From Rhizaria sp. SCN 62-66 (taxonomy: Eukaryota): a stretch of 64,000 nucleotides of DNA. Position 1 is the first letter of the stretch. Each line of letters opens with the position of its first letter. Position numbers and translations under genes: made by a program. Below, piece after piece: positions 60,255-64,000 of this stretch. The stretch lies in the NCBI GenBank assembly GCA_001724265.1, contig MEDY01000138.1, positions 1-64,000 of the forward strand, read 5' to 3'. The notes under the pieces were generated by a model. That model searched no databases. It had not been told where the DNA came from and saw nothing but the letters and a program-made list of their open reading frames with translations.

Positions 60255-63200
60255 TTATTGCTGCTCTTGCTGTTGCTGGTGGTGGTGGTCCTCGTCGTTA
60301 ATGCCCATGTGGTCGTCGAAGTCGTCCTGGAACTGCAGCGGGTCCAGCGACGCGCCGGGCGGCCGCACCGCGCCCAGCGCCGCAGTCTCGGCCGCGACTT
60401 GCAGCGCGCCGGGGGGCGCGCCCGCGGCGCCCTCTTGCGAAAGGAACAGCAGGTGGTGCTGCTGGGACGGGAGTAGTGACAGCGCCGGCTGCGGCTGCGG
60501 CGACTGCAGGGACTGAACCGGCGGCTGAACCTGCGACTGCGACTGCGTGTGTTGCTTGGGGAGCGACGCAGTCCCCGTTGCGAGACTGCTGCGGTCGTTA
60601 GAAGCCGCCGTTGATGCAGTCACGATGGCACCGACACTCTTGCGACCGCCTGCATTCCCAGCACTCTTTCTGTGCTCGTTGTGCGCAACGTCGTCAGAGG
60701 CCTCGTTGATCGCGTCGATGTTGGCGTCGATCTCTTGAGTGAGCGGGAACATGTCTTGACTGAGCATGTACGTCTGCTGCGGGAGCTCAAGGGTCGCAGG
60801 CGCGGTACTGTTTGCATTGGCGTTGGTTTTGGTATCATTAGAGCTGCTGCTCGTGGCCGAAGGAACATCAACAGTCGCGTTGTCACTAGACTTGCTGGCA
60901 TTAACGTTGCCGCTAGTGCTACTCGAACTAGAGCTCGAGCTCGAGCTCGAGCTGGAGCTTGAGCTACTACTGCTGCTACTGTTGCTGTACTTGGTCGACA
61001 CTGGCGGCTTGGCCGCCGACACAGACCGCACGGCCATCAGCTGCACGTGCTGCGGCTGGCCCGCCACGCCAGCGCCGCCGCTACCACGTGGGGCGCCGCC
61101 ACCGTTACTCCTGTTCGTCGCCGCAGCAGCTGTCGATCCAGATCCAGCGGCAGTCCCGTTCTGCGTCTGAGTCTGCGTGTGAGCTTGCCCGCCTTGCGCA
61201 GTATACGCAGTCAGACTGAGCCCGAAGCCCAGCCCCGGCCCTAGCGCCGCCCCCGGCAACACCGCTGGTCCAGCCGAGCCAGCGCCAGCGCCAGCGCCAG
61301 CGCCAGCGCCAGTGCCAGTGCCACTGCCCAAAGCGCCACTGATGGCGCCGTCGTGCGCGGCTGCCGCGGACAGCAGCGGGGTCGGAGCCAGCAGCCCGCT
61401 GTTGGCGCCACCGCCGGCGCGGCCACTGCCCAGCGCAGCCATAGCGCTGCTGCTGCTGTTGCTGCTGCTGTTGCTGGGAGCGCTGGCAAAGACGTTTGCG
61501 CCGCCGGTGTAGCTCCGCGCCGGCGCGCTCCCACCGAGCGCCGTGGTGACGCTACTTAGATTGGATGTAAGGGACATCCCGAGCGAGGGCGTCGGCGCGG
61601 GCGCGAGCGCGGGCGTTTGAACCCGTGAGCCAGCAGCAGCCGCGGCCACTGCTGCTGTTGAGGCTGCTGAGGCGAAGAAGGCTGAGGCCGCTGATGGCGT
61701 CACAGAAGAGGGCGCCGCGGGTCCCAGCGAGCCACGGACACCGCCCAACAAGTGGCTGTGGCTGTGGCCGACCGAGAGGTGGCTGTGCGCACCGTGACCG
61801 TGGCCGTGGCCGTGCGCGAGAGCGTGGCCGTTGCTGTAGATCGCGGTGAGGCTGGGGGCGCGCGACGGGGGGCTGATCACAGTACTGCTGCTGGCGCCGA
61901 CACTGGTGACTGCGTTGTTACTGCTATTAGTACTGCTGCTGTTGTGGGAGGCTGTGGGCAAGGTGTCGACGCGGCTGAGCCTACTTACATTGCTGCCGGT
62001 GCTACTTACACTGACGCCGCTCGCGTTCGAGTGCGTGGCGCTCACCACGCCCGTCATGGACGCCACCGACAGCACGCCCGAGCCGGCGCCGCTCGAGCCG
62101 AGAGTCATACTGTTGGCAGTGGTCAGAGTCCCGCCGTTGCCACAGTTGCCGCCGTTGCCATTACCGTTGGCGCTGCTGTTGGCAGCGAGGCTGGGGCCGA
62201 GACCGGAGGACGACCGGACGAGTCCGCTGGCACCAAGACCGTCGGGGACACCTAGCCCCGCGGCACTTAGTCCCGCGGAACTTAGACCGGCGGGGGTACT
62301 TAGTCCCGACGCAGGGCGCTGCACGCCGAGCCCGACGGCATTCGTGTTGATGCTGAGGTTGGTGCCGTTTGCGGCCGTGCGCGGGCGCTTGACGGAGTAA
62401 TCGAACCCGCCGGCTGTCGTCATCACGCTGCCGTTCATTGCGACCGGCCCGATGTTGCCCCCGCTGCCGCTGCCACTGCCGCCGTAGCTGTTGACCCCGT
62501 TGCCGTGGCCGTGGCCGCTGCTGCTCTCGGCGAGACGCTTGAGATGCTGCGACTGTAGGTAGCCCTGGCTGCTCTGCATCGCCGGCGGCGTTGTCATCGT
62601 GCTAAGCTTGCTTGCATACGCACCGCCGCCGCTGTTCGCGTTGGCGCTCGCGCCGCCGACGACGAGCGCGGCAGCGGCCATGTTCGCGAGCACAGAACCG
62701 CCGTTCGCACCAGCACCACCGCCGCCGCCGGTGCCGGTGGCAGTGTTCGAGGGTGGGGGCGAATGGGAGAGTCCCAGTGAAGCCCCCGCGAGGTTGGCGC
62801 CCGCGCCGCCACTGTAGAGGCTCGAGAGCGGGTGTTTGGGCTGCATGCGGCCGCCCGCAGCAGCCATGCCAGCGCCGGCGGCGAACTGCCCCGACTGCTG
62901 CTGCTGCTGCTGATGATGCTGCTGGTACTGCTGGTTGCGCGCGGCGCGGTCGTAGAGACTGTGGCTGCCGGCTCCCGCCGCCGCGACTGCGCCGCGCCTG
63001 TAGCCGGCGTGCACCTTGCCGAGCCCCACGGCAACAGCAGCAGTGCCAGCGTTGCCAACAGGACCGGTCGCGCTCGCGCCGGCGTCGGGGCTGAGCATCG
63101 CGGCCACAGCGGCGGCGGCCACGCCGTGCGGGTGGGGGCCGCCAGCTGTGGAGCCACCGCCGCGCCTGTGGGCGCCGTAGCCGTTGTAGCCACCTGTGAG

Positions 63201-64000
63201 GCCATCGGCGGTGTCTTCATTGCCATCGCTATACTCGTCATCGACGTCGTCGTTGTCGTCCTCGTCGCCGTCGTCATCATCGTCGCCAGTGCTCTCGTAG
63301 TCAAAGTCCAAGTCGGACTCGCCGACGTAGCCGCCCTCGCCGCTGCTCGCGCGCCCGCCGCCGATGGCGAGAAGGTCCCCATAGTACTCTGCGTCGCACT
63401 CGTACCGTGGAACCTGCTCCAGCTCGCGCATCAGCGTCATGTCAAACCCGTTCCACACGCTCGGCAGCGGCCGCTGCACCTGGGGCGGCAGCGCACTCCC
63501 CCTGCGTCCCCCAGAGCCCGCGCCCGCGCCCGCACCCGCGCCCGCGCCCGCGAGGAGGAGTTCGCGGACCTCGCGCGGCAGCGGGTGTTTCAGGGGGTCG
63601 GGAGTCAACAGCAGCGCCTCAGTGCCGCTGCGCAGCAGCAGCCCGTTGCCACCACAGGTCACATTCGCGGCGCCGGCGCTGAAGCCGAACGCGGCGTTGG
63701 CGCTGCTGTAGCCACTCGCAGTCGCACCACCACAAGCAGCAGCAGCAGTAGCAGCAGCAGCAGTGGCGTCAGCGCCGGTGCTCGCGGCGCTCGGAGGCAG
63801 CTTGGCGACGATGAGACCTGAGTTAATCATGGACCCGTAGCCGCCGCCACTGTTGCCGCCGCCGAAGAGGCTGGCGGCGTCGGCGGTCGCCGAGGCCGCG
63901 GCGAGAGATACCGGCGCGATGTCGTTGCGGCCGCCGCTGATGCTGCTGACGACGTTGTTCACGTCGGCGTCGACGTTGGCGGAGAGGATGACTGTGTGGC
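60255..64000 (-). CDS. 3' part (>1240 aa) of a low-complexity protein of unknown function, 5' end outside the window; C-terminal SQ/TQ motifs
   Basis: The frame is open from the window edge to TAA at 60255, with the same codon style as the other genes. No recognisable domain. Confidence 0.7.
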   Translation of the reverse strand, partial: HTVILSANVDADVNNVVSSISGGRNDIAPVSLAAASATADAASLFGGGNSGGGYGSMINSGLIVAKLPPSAASTGADATAAAATAAAACGGATASGYSSANAAFGFSAGAANVTCGGNGLLLRSGTEALLLTPDPLKHPLPREVRELLLAGAGAGAGAGAGSGGRRGSALPPQVQRPLPSVWNGFDMTLMRELEQVPRYECDAEYYGDLLAIGGGRASSGEGGYVGESDLDFDYESTGDDDDDGDEDDNDDVDDEYSDGNEDTADGLTGGYNGYGAHRRGGGSTAGGPHPHGVAAAAVAAMLSPDAGASATGPVGNAGTAAVAVGLGKVHAGYRRGAVAAAGAGSHSLYDRAARNQQYQQHHQQQQQQSGQFAAGAGMAAAGGRMQPKHPLSSLYSGGAGANLAGASLGLSHSPPPSNTATGTGGGGGAGANGGSVLANMAAAALVVGGASANANSGGGAYASKLSTMTTPPAMQSSQGYLQSQHLKRLAESSSGHGHGNGVNSYGGSGSGSGGNIGPVAMNGSVMTTAGGFDYSVKRPRTAANGTNLSINTNAVGLGVQRPASGLSTPAGLSSAGLSAAGLGVPDGLGASGLVRSSSGLGPSLAANSSANGNGNGGNCGNGGTLTTANSMTLGSSGAGSGVLSVASMTGVVSATHSNASGVSVSSTGSNVSRLSRVDTLPTASHNSSSTNSSNNAVTSVGASSSTVISPPSRAPSLTAIYSNGHALAHGHGHGHGAHSHLSVGHSHSHLLGGVRGSLGPAAPSSVTPSAASAFFASAASTAAVAAAAAGSRVQTPALAPAPTPSLGMSLTSNLSSVTTALGGSAPARSYTGGANVFASAPSNSSSNSSSSAMAALGSGRAGGGANSGLLAPTPLLSAAAAHDGAISGALGSGTGTGAGAGAGAGAGSAGPAVLPGAALGPGLGFGLSLTAYTAQGGQAHTQTQTQNGTAAGSGSTAAAATNRSNGGGAPRGSGGAGVAGQPQHVQLMAVRSVSAAKPPVSTKYSNSSSSSSSSSSSSSSSSSSSSSTSGNVNASKSSDNATVDVPSATSSSSNDTKTNANANSTAPATLELPQQTYMLSQDMFPLTQEIDANIDAINEASDDVAHNEHRKSAGNAGGRKSVGAIVTASTAASNDRSSLATGTASLPKQHTQSQSQVQPPVQSLQSPQPQPALSLLPSQQHHLLFLSQEGAAGAPPGALQVAAETAALGAVRPPGASLDPLQFQDDFDDHMGINDEDHHHQQQQEQQ

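Overview
This is a gene-dense eukaryotic (protist-like) nuclear window with GC-rich exons and AT-rich introns and spacers. I reconstruct 14 protein-coding genes: UROS, RECQL4-like helicase, a copine-type C2 protein, a bacterial-type RNase D, cystathionine gamma-lyase, mitochondrial HisRS, ARMC2, NSUN2/Trm4, F1-ATPase epsilon, a NIPA Mg transporter, a PPR protein, kinesin-14, SNIP1/Pml1 and a 5'-truncated low-complexity gene. Most are inflated by Ala/Ser/Asn/Gln/Gly-rich insertions. Four observations stand out. (1) UAG may be a rare sense codon: there is an in-frame TAG inside the RECQL4 poly-CAG tract, two in-frame TAGs in the likely SNIP1 N-terminus, and none of the 14 genes ends in TAG. (2) A dispersed 16-nt hairpin, CTAAG-TACCCC-CTTAG, sits inside exons in both orientations and several reading frames. 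(3) All 29 introns use GTACGN/GTATGT-type donors, never GTAAGT, and most are about 160-205 nt long. (4) Two unusual protein architectures appear: RNase D with a PAM2-like motif, and kinesin-14 with a NudE-like N-terminus. All homology calls come from motif recognition by eye; no database searches were run.
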